From Planctomycetota bacterium (GTDB lineage Bacteria > Planctomycetota > PLA2 > JAEUHO01): DNA of 64,000 bases. Below, piece after piece: positions 1 through 9,736 of this stretch. The stretch lies in the NCBI GenBank assembly GCA_965222115.1, contig CBDCTJ010000007.1:2656001-2720000 (forward strand), read 5' to 3'. The notes beneath the pieces are model-generated. The model was not told the DNA's origin. It saw nothing but the letters and a program-made list of their open reading frames with translations, and did not search any database. Position 1 is the first letter of the stretch. Each line of letters begins with the position of its first letter. A program made the translations under genes and the position numbers.

Positions 1-421
1 TCTTGTTGGTCTTGTACTGGGGATGAAATGCAAGGCCTAGCAGCCCGCCTTGCGCCTTTTGACCGGCAATCACGCGTCGCAAATCCAAGAACACGCTGGC
101 GCGGGGGACGGGACCCGAGCCACGATACTTTTGGATCATCTTGATGCGGCCTGACTGTTCGATCACGTACAGCATGTCGGTGCCATCGCCCGCGTGCGTG
201 ACGAAGACGGGTGCCTCCCATTCGGAGTCGGGCCACGCTTCGATCAATTCCACGCCCTTCATGGGGGTTGGTTCGGCGGCTTCGGCGATCCCCGAGCGGC
301 TGGTAAAGCACGCCAACGCAACCAGGCACCCAAGGCTGAGCAACCCCAGCGACCGGCTTCCATGCTGGCGCGGCCCCGCATCCGGTGTGACACATCGGGG
401 TCGATTTCTAATCTGAATCAT
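1..421 (-). CDS. PQQ-dependent sugar (glucose/sorbosone) dehydrogenase family protein, N-terminal part, runs off the window start
   Basis: Not in the ORF track. Manual minus-strand translation gives a signal-like segment, then PVFVTHAGDGTDMLYVIEQSGRI and GGLLGLAFHPQYKTNK, typical of the GSDH beta-propeller family. Start uncertain. Confidence 0.8.
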   Translation of the reverse strand, partial: MIQIRNRPRCVTPDAGPRQHGSRSLGLLSLGCLVALACFTSRSGIAEAAEPTPMKGVELIEAWPDSEWEAPVFVTHAGDGTDMLYVIEQSGRIKMIQKYRGSGPVPRASVFLDLRRVIAGQKAQGGLLGLAFHPQYKTNK

Positions 422-665
422 GGGGCCTCCGCGCAGTTGGTTCCGCGGGGATGGTACCGAGAAACGCGTCCGACCGAAACGCTGCAATTCGGCGTTTCAG
501 CGTGGCAGTCGAGACGGCTCAAGGGGAGACAGGGATGACGCTGGAGTCCGGTCGCGGGGCCGGGTTTAGCGTGAGGCGAAACGAGTCGGCTTGTTACCCT
601 TCCCGGGCATTTGTCCACCCCCGCCGAGGCGGGAGGGCGACGCCGCCGTCGGACGGGAGTTTCGC

Positions 666-1181
666 TTGTACTTCGAGTTCGCCAACGTGCTCGTATTCAC
701 CGTATTGGGCGTCGCGTTCGTGGCCCTCAATTTGGTGATTGCGCGTCTCCTGCGGCCCAAGGGCCGCAAAGAAGGCAGCAAACACGAGATCTATGAATGC
801 GGCGAACCCACGGTGGGCCAGGCCTGGATTCGATTCGACATTCGCTTCTACACCGTGGCGCTCATGTTTGTCGTGTTCGACGTGGAAGTGGCGCTGCTGT
901 TTCCGTGGGGGGTGATCTTCCGCGACCTTGCGGAGCGCGGCCTTGGCACCCTGGCGATGATCGAGGCAGGCACGTTCATTGCCATCTTGATGGTTGGCCT
1001 CGCCTATGTCTGGGCGCGGGGCGATATCGACTGGACGCCCAAGGAAGACGAGATGGAGCTTCGCGGTGAAGGTTCCGATTATGCGCAGCGCAGCAGCATG
1101 ACTCACGCCAGCAGTAGCGAGCCGCTGCCGGTCGAGGCGGAACCCGTCGGTGCGGGCGCCGCCGTGGATCGGGGGAGTTAG
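666..1181 (+). CDS. nuoA: NADH-quinone oxidoreductase subunit A
   Basis: [20 protein letters not shown] and LFPW motifs; 3 TM helices; TTG start at 666 after GGGAG; acidic C-terminal extension. Confidence 0.93.
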   Translation: MYFEFANVLVFTVLGVAFVALNLVIARLLRPKGRKEGSKHEIYECGEPTVGQAWIRFDIRFYTVALMFVVFDVEVALLFPWGVIFRDLAERGLGTLAMIEAGTFIAILMVGLAYVWARGDIDWTPKEDEMELRGEGSDYAQRSSMTHASSSEPLPVEAEPVGAGAAVDRGS

Positions 1182-1183
1182 TA

Positions 1184-1732
1184 ATGGCCGAATACGAGGT
1201 CGATCCCGAACTGCAACAGTCGTTGATCCTCACCAAAGTGGAGTGGGTTAAGGACTGGGGACGTCGGCACGCCCTCTGGCCCATGGCCTTCGGACTGGCG
1301 TGTTGTGCCATGGAGATGATGGCTACGGCAGCCACAAAGTACGACTTGGATCGCTTCGGTGCCGGTGTGTTTCGCGCGTCGCCGCGGCAAAGCGACCTCA
1401 TGATTGTTGCAGGTACCGTCACGCACAAGATGGCGCCACGCGTGAAGCGACTCTACGAGCAGATGCCCAATCCGAAGTACGTCATTGCCATGGGCGCATG
1501 CACGGTGGGGGGCGGTCCGTATGTCAAATACGGGTATCACGTGGTACAGGGCGTTGACTTGGTGGTTCCGGTCGACATCTATCTGCCCGGTTGCCCTCCT
1601 CGCCCCGAGGCGTTGATCGACGCCATTCGAAAGCTTCAGTTCCGCATTCTGGAACACGGTGGCTCCACACTTACGGAACTGCCCAAGGGTTCTCGCCCGC
1701 CATCCACGGAGGACAATCCTAGCGCCGCGTAG
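1184..1732 (+). CDS. nuoB: NADH-quinone oxidoreductase subunit B
   Basis: [22 protein letters not shown] and PGCPPRPE motifs. Confidence 0.97.
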   Translation: MAEYEVDPELQQSLILTKVEWVKDWGRRHALWPMAFGLACCAMEMMATAATKYDLDRFGAGVFRASPRQSDLMIVAGTVTHKMAPRVKRLYEQMPNPKYVIAMGACTVGGGPYVKYGYHVVQGVDLVVPVDIYLPGCPPRPEALIDAIRKLQFRILEHGGSTLTELPKGSRPPSTEDNPSAA

Positions 1733-1747
1733 GTTTTCCTTGCGTGT

Positions 1748-2341
1748 ATGCGATTCGTCATGAGCAAAGACACCGAACCATTGATCGCAGACCCGGTAAC
1801 CGAAGAAGCCCTCGGTCTAATCAAGCGCTCGTTTGCGGATGCCGTTGTTGCATCCGAGATCGGTGGATTGCATCCGTGGATTCAAGTCACTGCCGACAGC
1901 TTGCGCGACGTCTGCACATTGCTCAAGGCCGACGCCAGTGTGCGCATGGACTGCTTGCATTTGATTTCGGCCGTTGATTGGCCTAAGGCGGGCGACGCAG
2001 GTGAAATCGAAGTGGTCTATCACCTCTGTTCCTACGCGCGCAAGCCCAGTGCCGACTATCGCAAACGCGATCCACTGAAGGCCAAGAACGATCCGTGGAT
2101 TGCGCTGAAAGTTCGTGTGCCGCGTGACGCGCCCCACGTGCCCAGCGTAATGGACATCTGGACCGGTGCCGACTGGCACGAGCGTGAGACCTACGATCTC
2201 GTCGGCGTTGAGTTTACGGGTCGCCAAGGTCTACAACGCATTCTCTTGCCAGAGGACTGGCCGGGTCATCCCCTCTTGAAGGACTGGGAATTCCCCGCCG
2301 ATTATCACGGCATTCCTATCATTTCGCCGGAGGACCTGTGA
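1748..2341 (+). CDS. nuoC: NADH-quinone oxidoreductase subunit C
   Basis: ADWHERETYDLVGVEF and RILLPEDWPGHPLLKD motifs. Confidence 0.95.
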   Translation: MRFVMSKDTEPLIADPVTEEALGLIKRSFADAVVASEIGGLHPWIQVTADSLRDVCTLLKADASVRMDCLHLISAVDWPKAGDAGEIEVVYHLCSYARKPSADYRKRDPLKAKNDPWIALKVRVPRDAPHVPSVMDIWTGADWHERETYDLVGVEFTGRQGLQRILLPEDWPGHPLLKDWEFPADYHGIPIISPEDL

Positions 2342-3591
2342 ACACAGACGCTTCCGACACGCACGAGGCTGCGAGCCAGACGCCTTACGCCGGCACCGCC
2401 GGTGCGCCGGATGTGTATAGTGGCGCGGGCGAGCCCGAGAGTCAGGTACACGAGCGTCAATTGCTCGTTGGTCGTGACCTGCGTACCGAAGACATGGTGC
2501 TCAACATTGGCCCGCAGCACCCCGCCACGCACGGTGTGTTGCGTGTGGTCATCAAGACCGACGGCGAGATCGTCAAGGCGCTCCAACCCCACGTCGGCAA
2601 TCTCCATCGCTGTGTTGAGAAGATCGGCGAGAGCATTCCCTACTACCAGTGGCTGCCCTATGTCGATCGTATGGACTACCTCGCGGCCATGTGCAATGAA
2701 CACGTGGCGTGCATGGCCATTGAGCGTTTGGCCGGGTTAGAGATTCCGCGTCGCGCCGAGTTTTGTCGCGTCATCGTCGCCGAAGTGCAACGCATCTTGA
2801 GCCACTTGATGGCCATTGGTGTGTATGGCCTCGACTTGGGCGCCTTCACACCCTTCCTGCATCAGTTCCGCGAGCGTGAACGCGGCCTCGACCTCTTGGA
2901 TCACATTTCCGGCGGTCGCCTGCTCTACCACTACATTCAAATTGGTGGAGTGAAGCGCGACTTTGATCGCGAATGGATCGATGAACTCGAGGCGTTCCTC
3001 GATGCCGTTGAGAAGCGCGTGCCGGAATACAACACGTTGTTGATGCACAATCACATCTTCCAAGAGCGCACGTGCAACATCGGCCTTATTGATCGCGACA
3101 TGGCCACGCGTTGGGGCGTTACGGGCCCCGCGTTGCGTGCCGCAGGCGTTGACTGGGACGTGCGTCGTGACGCACCCTACAGCATCTACGACGAGTTTGA
3201 ATTCGACGTCCCACATGGCCACAGCGGCATTGCCGGTGTGCAGGGTGACTGCTTCCAGCGCCACTGGATCCGATTCCGTGAAGTGGAAGAGTCCGTCAAG
3301 ATCATTCGCCAAGCGTTGGCGGCGATGCCTGAGGGGCCCACGCGCGCTACGTTGCCGAAGAGCTTTAAGCCGCCCACGGGTGAGGTCTATGTGCGCGGCG
3401 AGAACCCGCGCGGTGAACTCGCCTGCTACATGGTGAGTGAGGGCAAAGACACCGCCTATCGCATACGTTGCCGTGGACCGTCGTTTAGCAACATTGCCGT
3501 GATTTGTGAGGTAGCCGAAGGCGTCTTGATCGCCGACTTGGTCGCTCTGATTGGAAGTCTCGACATCGTCCTAGGTGAGGTTGACCGCTGA
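2338..3591 (+). CDS. nuoD: NADH-quinone oxidoreductase subunit D
   Basis: NIGPQHPATHGVLR, DRMDY, ENPRGE and GSLDIVLGEVDR motifs. Confidence 0.97.
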   Translation: MNTDASDTHEAASQTPYAGTAGAPDVYSGAGEPESQVHERQLLVGRDLRTEDMVLNIGPQHPATHGVLRVVIKTDGEIVKALQPHVGNLHRCVEKIGESIPYYQWLPYVDRMDYLAAMCNEHVACMAIERLAGLEIPRRAEFCRVIVAEVQRILSHLMAIGVYGLDLGAFTPFLHQFRERERGLDLLDHISGGRLLYHYIQIGGVKRDFDREWIDELEAFLDAVEKRVPEYNTLLMHNHIFQERTCNIGLIDRDMATRWGVTGPALRAAGVDWDVRRDAPYSIYDEFEFDVPHGHSGIAGVQGDCFQRHWIRFREVEESVKIIRQALAAMPEGPTRATLPKSFKPPTGEVYVRGENPRGELACYMVSEGKDTAYRIRCRGPSFSNIAVICEVAEGVLIADLVALIGSLDIVLGEVDR

Positions 3592-3592
3592 G

Positions 3593-4714
3593 ATGCAGGA
3601 TTGGATTGACTCCCTCATCCGCGATACGTCTTGGATGCAGAGCCTGCCCAAGGGGTTGCTCTACACCGTAGGCATCATCATCGCCGCCAAACTGATCCTC
3701 GTCATGGTCAGTTTGCTGGCGGGTGAAACGGTATGGCTTGAACGGCGCGTGTCAGGACGCATGCAGGCGCGCATTGGACCCAACCGCGTGGGGCCGCAGG
3801 GACTGCTGCAGTTCTTGGCGGACGGTCTGAAGCTGCTCTCCAAGGAGGACGTGGTGCCGAGCACGGCCGACAAACCGGTGTTCCTGTTGGCGCCGCTCAT
3901 TGTTTTCATGGGTGCGTTTGCTGGCTTTGCGGTGTTGCCATTGGGCTACGGCCTTGTACCCGCCGACATGAATGTGGGCTTGTTCGTGATACTTGCCATT
4001 ACCAGCGTCGAGGTGGTCGGCGTGATCATGGCGGGGTGGGCGAGCAACTCGAAGTGGGCGGTGTTGGGTTCGATGCGCGAAGTGGCCCAGATGATTAGCT
4101 ACGAAATGCCGCTCAGCATCTCGGCGTTGGTGGTTGTGATCCTTGCCGGGACGATGAACCTCACCGACATCGTGCTGCAACAAGAAGGCATGCTTTGGAA
4201 CTGGTACGTCTTCCGTGGACCGTTTGCCTTTGCCGCGTTCTTCGTGTTCTTCACGTCAGCGCTGGCTAGCCTCAAGCGCGCGCCGTTTGACTTGCCCGAG
4301 GCGGAATCGGAACTCGTTGCGGGCTTCCACACGGAGTACACGGGATTTCGCTTCGCGGTGTTTTTCCTCGCCGAATACTCCGCCATGATTCTGTTCGCGG
4401 TGCTCACCACGTTGCTCTTCTTGGGGGGATGGTCGCCTGGCTTCCCCATCGACTTGTCGGGTCCGGGCGCGCGCTGGATTGGGTTTGGCATTGTGATGGC
4501 CAAGTCCATATTCCTGCTCTTCACCATGATTTGGATTCGCTGGAGCCTTCCGCGCTTCCGCATCGATAAGGTCATGTATCTCTGTTACAAGGTCTTGCTG
4601 CCCTTCAGTGTGATTTGCATTGTCGGTGCGGCGCTTCAGGTGTTGCTTGGTGCCCACCTTGGCGCAGCGGAAGGCAATGCATTTGCACGTTGGCTTGCGG
4701 GAGGTGCCCCATGA
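3593..4714 (+). CDS. nuoH: NADH-quinone oxidoreductase subunit H
   Basis: ERRVSGRMQARIGPNRVGP and RAPFDLPEAESELVAGFHTEY motifs; follows nuoD directly. Confidence 0.96.
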   Translation: MQDWIDSLIRDTSWMQSLPKGLLYTVGIIIAAKLILVMVSLLAGETVWLERRVSGRMQARIGPNRVGPQGLLQFLADGLKLLSKEDVVPSTADKPVFLLAPLIVFMGAFAGFAVLPLGYGLVPADMNVGLFVILAITSVEVVGVIMAGWASNSKWAVLGSMREVAQMISYEMPLSISALVVVILAGTMNLTDIVLQQEGMLWNWYVFRGPFAFAAFFVFFTSALASLKRAPFDLPEAESELVAGFHTEYTGFRFAVFFLAEYSAMILFAVLTTLLFLGGWSPGFPIDLSGPGARWIGFGIVMAKSIFLLFTMIWIRWSLPRFRIDKVMYLCYKVLLPFSVICIVGAALQVLLGAHLGAAEGNAFARWLAGGAP

Positions 4715-5254
4715 GCGCGGCCGGCAGCTACTTAAAGAATGTGCGCAATGGCATTACGTCCACAGCCAAGGGCATGTGGCTTACGTGGAAGCACTTCTTT
4801 ACCAAGCCCACAACGATTCAGTACCCCGATGTAGGCGAAGAGACCTACTTCAGCCCCTATGAGCGCGGGCTGCACGAGTTTGAGCCCGAGAAATGCATTG
4901 TGTGCTTCCTGTGCGCGAAGGCCTGTCCCGTGGATTGCATTCGCATTGAGGACGGTGGGAAGGGGCCCAAACGGCAAGATCTTGGCGGTCTACGAGATTG
5001 ACTACAGCAAGTGCCTGTTTTGCTCATTGTGCATCGATCCGTGTCCCGTGGACTGCATTCATATGGGCCAGCAGTACGACTTGTCCGCGTTCCAACGCGA
5101 TCAAGGCGGCGTGAAGATCGACTTCACAAACGGCGAGGGGTATTGGCGCACGGCCGAGACCAGTGCACACCCCGAGGCAGGCCTACGGATGCACTTAAAG
5201 GGTCCGCATCTCAAGGAAGCCAACGGCGAATCGGCGGAAGGGGGGGCGGAATGA
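4711..5254 (+). CDS. nuoI: NADH-quinone oxidoreductase subunit I, split by a +1 frameshift near 4950-4972
   Basis: TIQYP and CIVCFLCAKACP in the frame ending at 5001; second cluster motif IDYSKCLFCSLCIDPCP in the +1 frame ending at 5254. Confidence 0.88.
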
Positions 5255-5814
5255 TAATCCATGTGCCCTCCCAGCTTGCCGGACTCCCCATTCCCGACTT
5301 GACCCCCTACATCTTCCCCGGGGTGTTTTATGCGCTCGCGGCCATGTGTGTGATTGGTGGCATCGTTGCCGCGACGGCCCCAAAGATCGTGCACGCGGCA
5401 TTTGGACTCATGCTCGCGTTCTTTGGGGTTGCCGGGCTCTACGCCATGCTCGGTGCCGACTTCTTAACGTTTGCCCAAGTGATTGTCTACGTAGGTGGCA
5501 TCCTGGTGCTGTTGGTTTTCGGCATTTTGCTCACCGGTCGTACACGGCTGAGCCTCGGCTTAGAGAAACTGCCCAATGTTGCCCTGCCTATCATTACGGG
5601 CGGGGTGGTGTTCCTTGGACTCATCATCGCCATTTCGAGCAGCACGTTTAACGCCACCGCCACACCGGCTGAACCGAAAGCCACCACGGCAGCCATTGGA
5701 CGGGCGTTCCTCGATCCCGACCAGTATCTGATTCCGTTTGAGCTTGCATCGGTGTTGCTGCTCGCGGCACTTGTGGGCGCGGCCTACTTGGCACGAAGGA
5801 GGCGCGCAGGATGA
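5251..5814 (+). CDS. nuoJ: NADH-quinone oxidoreductase subunit J
   Basis: AQVIVYVGGILVL and PFELASVLLLAALVGA motifs. Confidence 0.94.
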   Translation: MIIHVPSQLAGLPIPDLTPYIFPGVFYALAAMCVIGGIVAATAPKIVHAAFGLMLAFFGVAGLYAMLGADFLTFAQVIVYVGGILVLLVFGILLTGRTRLSLGLEKLPNVALPIITGGVVFLGLIIAISSSTFNATATPAEPKATTAAIGRAFLDPDQYLIPFELASVLLLAALVGAAYLARRRRAG

Positions 5815-6119
5815 CCATTGGTCTGTACCACTTCCTGGTCGTGGGTGCAGCGCTATTTTGCGCCGGGCTCATTACCGTCATGGCGCGTCGCAACGCCATC
5901 GCGATTTTGATCGGCATTGAGTTGATGCTCAATGCGGCCAATCTCAACCTCGTTGCGTTTGATCGCTACGGCCCCGGACTGATTCGCGGTCAGTTGTTCG
6001 CGCTGTTCGTATTGGTCATTGCCGCTGCCGAGGCAGCCGTGGCGCTGGCCATCATTCTCAACGTCTTTGACGGACGCGATCGCATTGATGTCGATCAAGT
6101 CCAGAAACTCAAGGGGTAG
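5811..6119 (+). CDS. nuoK: NADH-quinone oxidoreductase subunit K
   Basis: IELMLNAANLN and AAAEAAVALA motifs. Confidence 0.96.
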   Translation: MTIGLYHFLVVGAALFCAGLITVMARRNAIAILIGIELMLNAANLNLVAFDRYGPGLIRGQLFALFVLVIAAAEAAVALAIILNVFDGRDRIDVDQVQKLKG

Positions 6120-6129
6120 TGCCCGACCG

Positions 6130-8115
6130 ATGTTGACACTCGCCCTCCTCATTCTGATTGCCCCGCTCGTAGGGTTCTGCCTGCAGTACAGCTTTGGCAG
6201 AAAGCTCCCGCGCCAAGGGGACTGGCTCACCGTCATTACGATTGGCGTGTCGCTCGCCTGTTCCGTCATGATCTTCTTTAAGACGATGGGTGGCGAGACA
6301 TTCTCAAAGGCATGGGACTGGTTCAATCCTGGCGGTGCGGGCGATTCGGCGTGGTCGATTGGCATTCACATCGACGGCTTGACTGCGGTCATGTTGGTCG
6401 TCGTCACGTTGGTGGCGTTCCTCGTTCACGTGTTCAGTATGGGCTACATGAAGGGGGATAAGAAGTATTGGGCGTTCTTCGCCTGGCTTCAGATGTTCTC
6501 CGTGTCCATGTTGATCTTGGTGTTGGCCAACAACCTGCTTCACCTCTTCATGGGTTGGGAGCTTGTGGGGCTTTGCTCCTACAAACTGATTGGCTTCTGG
6601 AACGAAAAACCTGATCCCTGCAATGCGTCCCGCAAGGCGTTCATCACCACGCGTATTGGCGACGTGGGCATGTTGATTGCCATCATGGCCATCTACAAAC
6701 ATGTGGGCTCGTTTGAGTTCGATGTTGTGCGCGAGGCAGTGGCCACAGGCACGTTCGGCGGCACTTGGCTCACAATTTCGGGACTAGGTCTTTTCTTCGC
6801 CGCGATGGGGAAGAGCGCGCAGTTGCCACTGCATGTGTGGTTGCCCGATGCGATGGAAGGCCCCACACCCGTCAGTGCATTGATTCACGCTGCCACCATG
6901 GTCGCGGCCGGTGTGTATTTGATTGGGCGCTTCATGCCCATTCTCACACCCGAGGCCCTTGTGGTCATCGCCACAGTCGGTGCCGTTACGGCGCTCATGG
7001 CCGGGTTCATTGCCCTTGCGCAAGACGACATCAAGCGTGTGTTGGCCTATTCAACGATCAGCCAACTCGGCTACATGTTCCTGGGGCTGGGCGTGGGCGC
7101 GTGGCACGCAGCGTTGTTCCACTTGACCACGCACGCCTTCTTCAAGGCGCTCATGTTCTTGGGTTCCGGTAGCGTGATTCACGCCTGCCATCACGAGCAG
7201 GACATGCGAAAAATGGGCGGGCTCTGGAAGAAGATGCCCATTACCGGTACCACGTTTTTCTTCGGTGTGTTGGCCATTGCCGGCGTGCCGTTTATTTCGG
7301 GCTTCTATTCGAAGGACGCGATTCTTGCGGGTGCCTATCACCGCTATCCCGCGCTGTTCTACATCGGTCTCTGTGCCGCCGTGCTCACGGCGTTCTACAT
7401 GATGCGACTGTTCGTGATGACGTTCATGGGCAAGCCCAAGGACAAGCACGTCTACGACCACGCTCATGAGTCGCCCTTCTCCATGACGTTCCCGCTCATC
7501 GTGCTCGGCGTATTGGCGGTGGCCGCCGGATGGGGCGCGTGGCACGGCACATTGCTAAACCCAGAACTTGTCGCCGATGCAAGTGGAATCGCTGCGGTTG
7601 GGCAACCCGCCGCGTCGCACCCCGGCGTTGCCACGGTCGGCGATCTCGCGCACTTTGAGCACAGCACCACGGTGGCCACGATGGCAATCATCGCCGGGCT
7701 GGGTGGGCTGCTAATGGGCTTTTTGATCTTTGGCGTCATGACGGCGCGGGTACCCGCCATCAAGAAGCCCTTTGCCGCCCTTGAGCGCGCCTTCCATAAC
7801 AAGTTCTATTTCGACGAGCTGTACCGTGAGGTGATTTTGCGTCCGGCGTATGCCATTGCGAATCTCTTCAATGCGGCCGATGCCTATGGCGTCGATGGCT
7901 TGGTCAATGCGACCGGTCGCGGCGGCAAACGCGCGGCCACGTTGTCGGGTTCCGTTGACGACCATGTGGTGGACGGCGTCGTGCGCGGCACCGGCACCGT
8001 TTCGCAGGCCTTGGGCGCGGGCGTAAGTGCCACGCAAAGCGGCAAGGTGCGACTGTATCTCTCCCTCAGCGTGGGTGCGTTGGCGCTCGCCTTACTCCTG
8101 CGTTGGGTGTTTTAG
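6130..8115 (+). CDS. nuoL: NADH-quinone oxidoreductase subunit L
   Basis: GKSAQLPLHVWLPDAMEGPTPVSALIHAATMV and HAFFKALMFL motifs. Confidence 0.97.
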   Translation: MLTLALLILIAPLVGFCLQYSFGRKLPRQGDWLTVITIGVSLACSVMIFFKTMGGETFSKAWDWFNPGGAGDSAWSIGIHIDGLTAVMLVVVTLVAFLVHVFSMGYMKGDKKYWAFFAWLQMFSVSMLILVLANNLLHLFMGWELVGLCSYKLIGFWNEKPDPCNASRKAFITTRIGDVGMLIAIMAIYKHVGSFEFDVVREAVATGTFGGTWLTISGLGLFFAAMGKSAQLPLHVWLPDAMEGPTPVSALIHAATMVAAGVYLIGRFMPILTPEALVVIATVGAVTALMAGFIALAQDDIKRVLAYSTISQLGYMFLGLGVGAWHAALFHLTTHAFFKALMFLGSGSVIHACHHEQDMRKMGGLWKKMPITGTTFFFGVLAIAGVPFISGFYSKDAILAGAYHRYPALFYIGLCAAVLTAFYMMRLFVMTFMGKPKDKHVYDHAHESPFSMTFPLIVLGVLAVAAGWGAWHGTLLNPELVADASGIAAVGQPAASHPGVATVGDLAHFEHSTTVATMAIIAGLGGLLMGFLIFGVMTARVPAIKKPFAALERAFHNKFYFDELYREVILRPAYAIANLFNAADAYGVDGLVNATGRGGKRAATLSGSVDDHVVDGVVRGTGTVSQALGAGVSATQSGKVRLYLSLSVGALALALLLRWVF

Positions 8116-8233
8116 CGTGAAAGCGAAGGCGTGAAGTCAATGACAACCGTGCTCGATGACCAGATCCGCAGTCACGTGCGCCGTCCCTCGGCGGACGGCG
8201 CTCCGCGTTCACGAAGGATCGTAGGGTTCTAAG

Positions 8234-9730
8234 ATGCTCACAATCACCGTATTCCTCCCCGTGCTAGGCGTACTGCTCTGCTGGATCTCTCCGGAGAAAG
8301 CAGCCAAGTCGATCAATGTGCTGTGTTGCGCGGTTGTGTTCGTGCTTACCGCCGTGATCGCCATGAACACGGGTGACACCGGCTACAGCCTCGTCGAACG
8401 AGTTGACTGGATTTCGAGCGTTGGCATTGAGTACTACCTGGGTGTTGATGGGCTCGGCGTTGCTCTGCTCTTGCTTACCAGTTTCGTTTCGCTGGTTTCG
8501 GCTATCGCCTCATGGAACATCAAGACCATGTCGCGCGGCTATCACATGATGTTCCTGTTGTTGTTGACCGGAATGCTCGGCGTGTTTGTGGCGCTCGACC
8601 TCTTCCTGTTCTATTGCTTCTGGGAGCTCATGCTCCTGCCGATGTTCTTCCTGATCGGTATCTGGGGCGGACCCAATCGGAAGTACGCGTCGATCAAGTT
8701 CTTCCTCTACACCTTGGCAGGCTCCGTGCTCCTGCTCGCCGGCATTATCTTGGTGCGCCTCAAGCTGGGAACGTGGTCAATCCCCCAAATCTCCGAGATC
8801 GCCAAGACGGCCGGGGCGGGTGGCGTTCTCGAGAATTCAACGCTCAGCCTGTTGGCATTCATCGGCATGTTTATTGGCTTCGCCGTCAAGATCCCTTCGT
8901 TCCCGTTCCACACGTGGCTTCCGGATGCCCACGTGCAGGCACCCACGCCCATCTCGATGATTCTTGCCGGCGTGCTGCTGAAAATGGGTGGCTATGGGCT
9001 GATGCGCATCGCCTATCCCTTCTTCCCCGATGCGGCGGTTGCGTGTGGCGCATTTATCTCGGCGATCTCAGTAATTGCGATTGTTTATGGCGCGTTTGTG
9101 GCGATGGCGCAGACCGACTTCAAGAAGATGATCGCCTACTCCTCGGTGAGCCATATGGGCTTTGTCACCTTGGGACTTGCAGCAGGCACCGCGGAAGGTA
9201 TCAACGGCGCGATGTACATGATGCTCGCGCACGGCACCATCAGCGCCATGCTCTTTATGATTGTGGGCGTCATATACGACCGCGCCCATCATCGCGACAT
9301 CGATCGTTTCGGCGGGCTCATGACGCCCATGCCCAAGTATTCGATGTGGGCCACGTTCGCCTTTTTCGCAAGTTTGGGGCTGCCCCTCTTGAGCGGGTTT
9401 ATCGCCGAACTCACCACTTTTGTAGGTGCGTTCAAGGGACCCCATGTGTGGGCGGCCGTCATCTCGTTGCTCGGTGTGGTGATCACGGCGGCCTACTACC
9501 TGATTACGCTCCAGAAGGTCTATCTCGGGAAGACGCCCGAGGTGTACATGGACAAGAAGTCCTATCCCGACCTGAGTGCGCGTGAGTTGGCCGTGTTGGT
9601 GCCGCTCGGCGTGGTTACGCTCGTCATGGGTGTGATGCCAAGCCTCGCCATGGACCTCTATAGTGGCTTCGTTGGTGGCCTGGAGGAGCTGCTCACTGCG
9701 GCCATTACCACCACGCGGGGAGGTGTGTAG
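8234..9730 (+). CDS. nuoM: NADH-quinone oxidoreductase subunit M
   Basis: PFHTWLPDAHVQAPT, LLKMGGYG and IAYSSVSHMG motifs. Confidence 0.97.
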   Translation: MLTITVFLPVLGVLLCWISPEKAAKSINVLCCAVVFVLTAVIAMNTGDTGYSLVERVDWISSVGIEYYLGVDGLGVALLLLTSFVSLVSAIASWNIKTMSRGYHMMFLLLLTGMLGVFVALDLFLFYCFWELMLLPMFFLIGIWGGPNRKYASIKFFLYTLAGSVLLLAGIILVRLKLGTWSIPQISEIAKTAGAGGVLENSTLSLLAFIGMFIGFAVKIPSFPFHTWLPDAHVQAPTPISMILAGVLLKMGGYGLMRIAYPFFPDAAVACGAFISAISVIAIVYGAFVAMAQTDFKKMIAYSSVSHMGFVTLGLAAGTAEGINGAMYMMLAHGTISAMLFMIVGVIYDRAHHRDIDRFGGLMTPMPKYSMWATFAFFASLGLPLLSGFIAELTTFVGAFKGPHVWAAVISLLGVVITAAYYLITLQKVYLGKTPEVYMDKKSYPDLSARELAVLVPLGVVTLVMGVMPSLAMDLYSGFVGGLEELLTAAITTTRGGV

Positions 9731-9736
9731 TTCCCG

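Noticed and set aside
8512-9585. Long alternative-frame and antisense ORFs over nuo and other genes
   Set aside because: They are expected shadows of high-GC codon bias and show no recognisable motifs.
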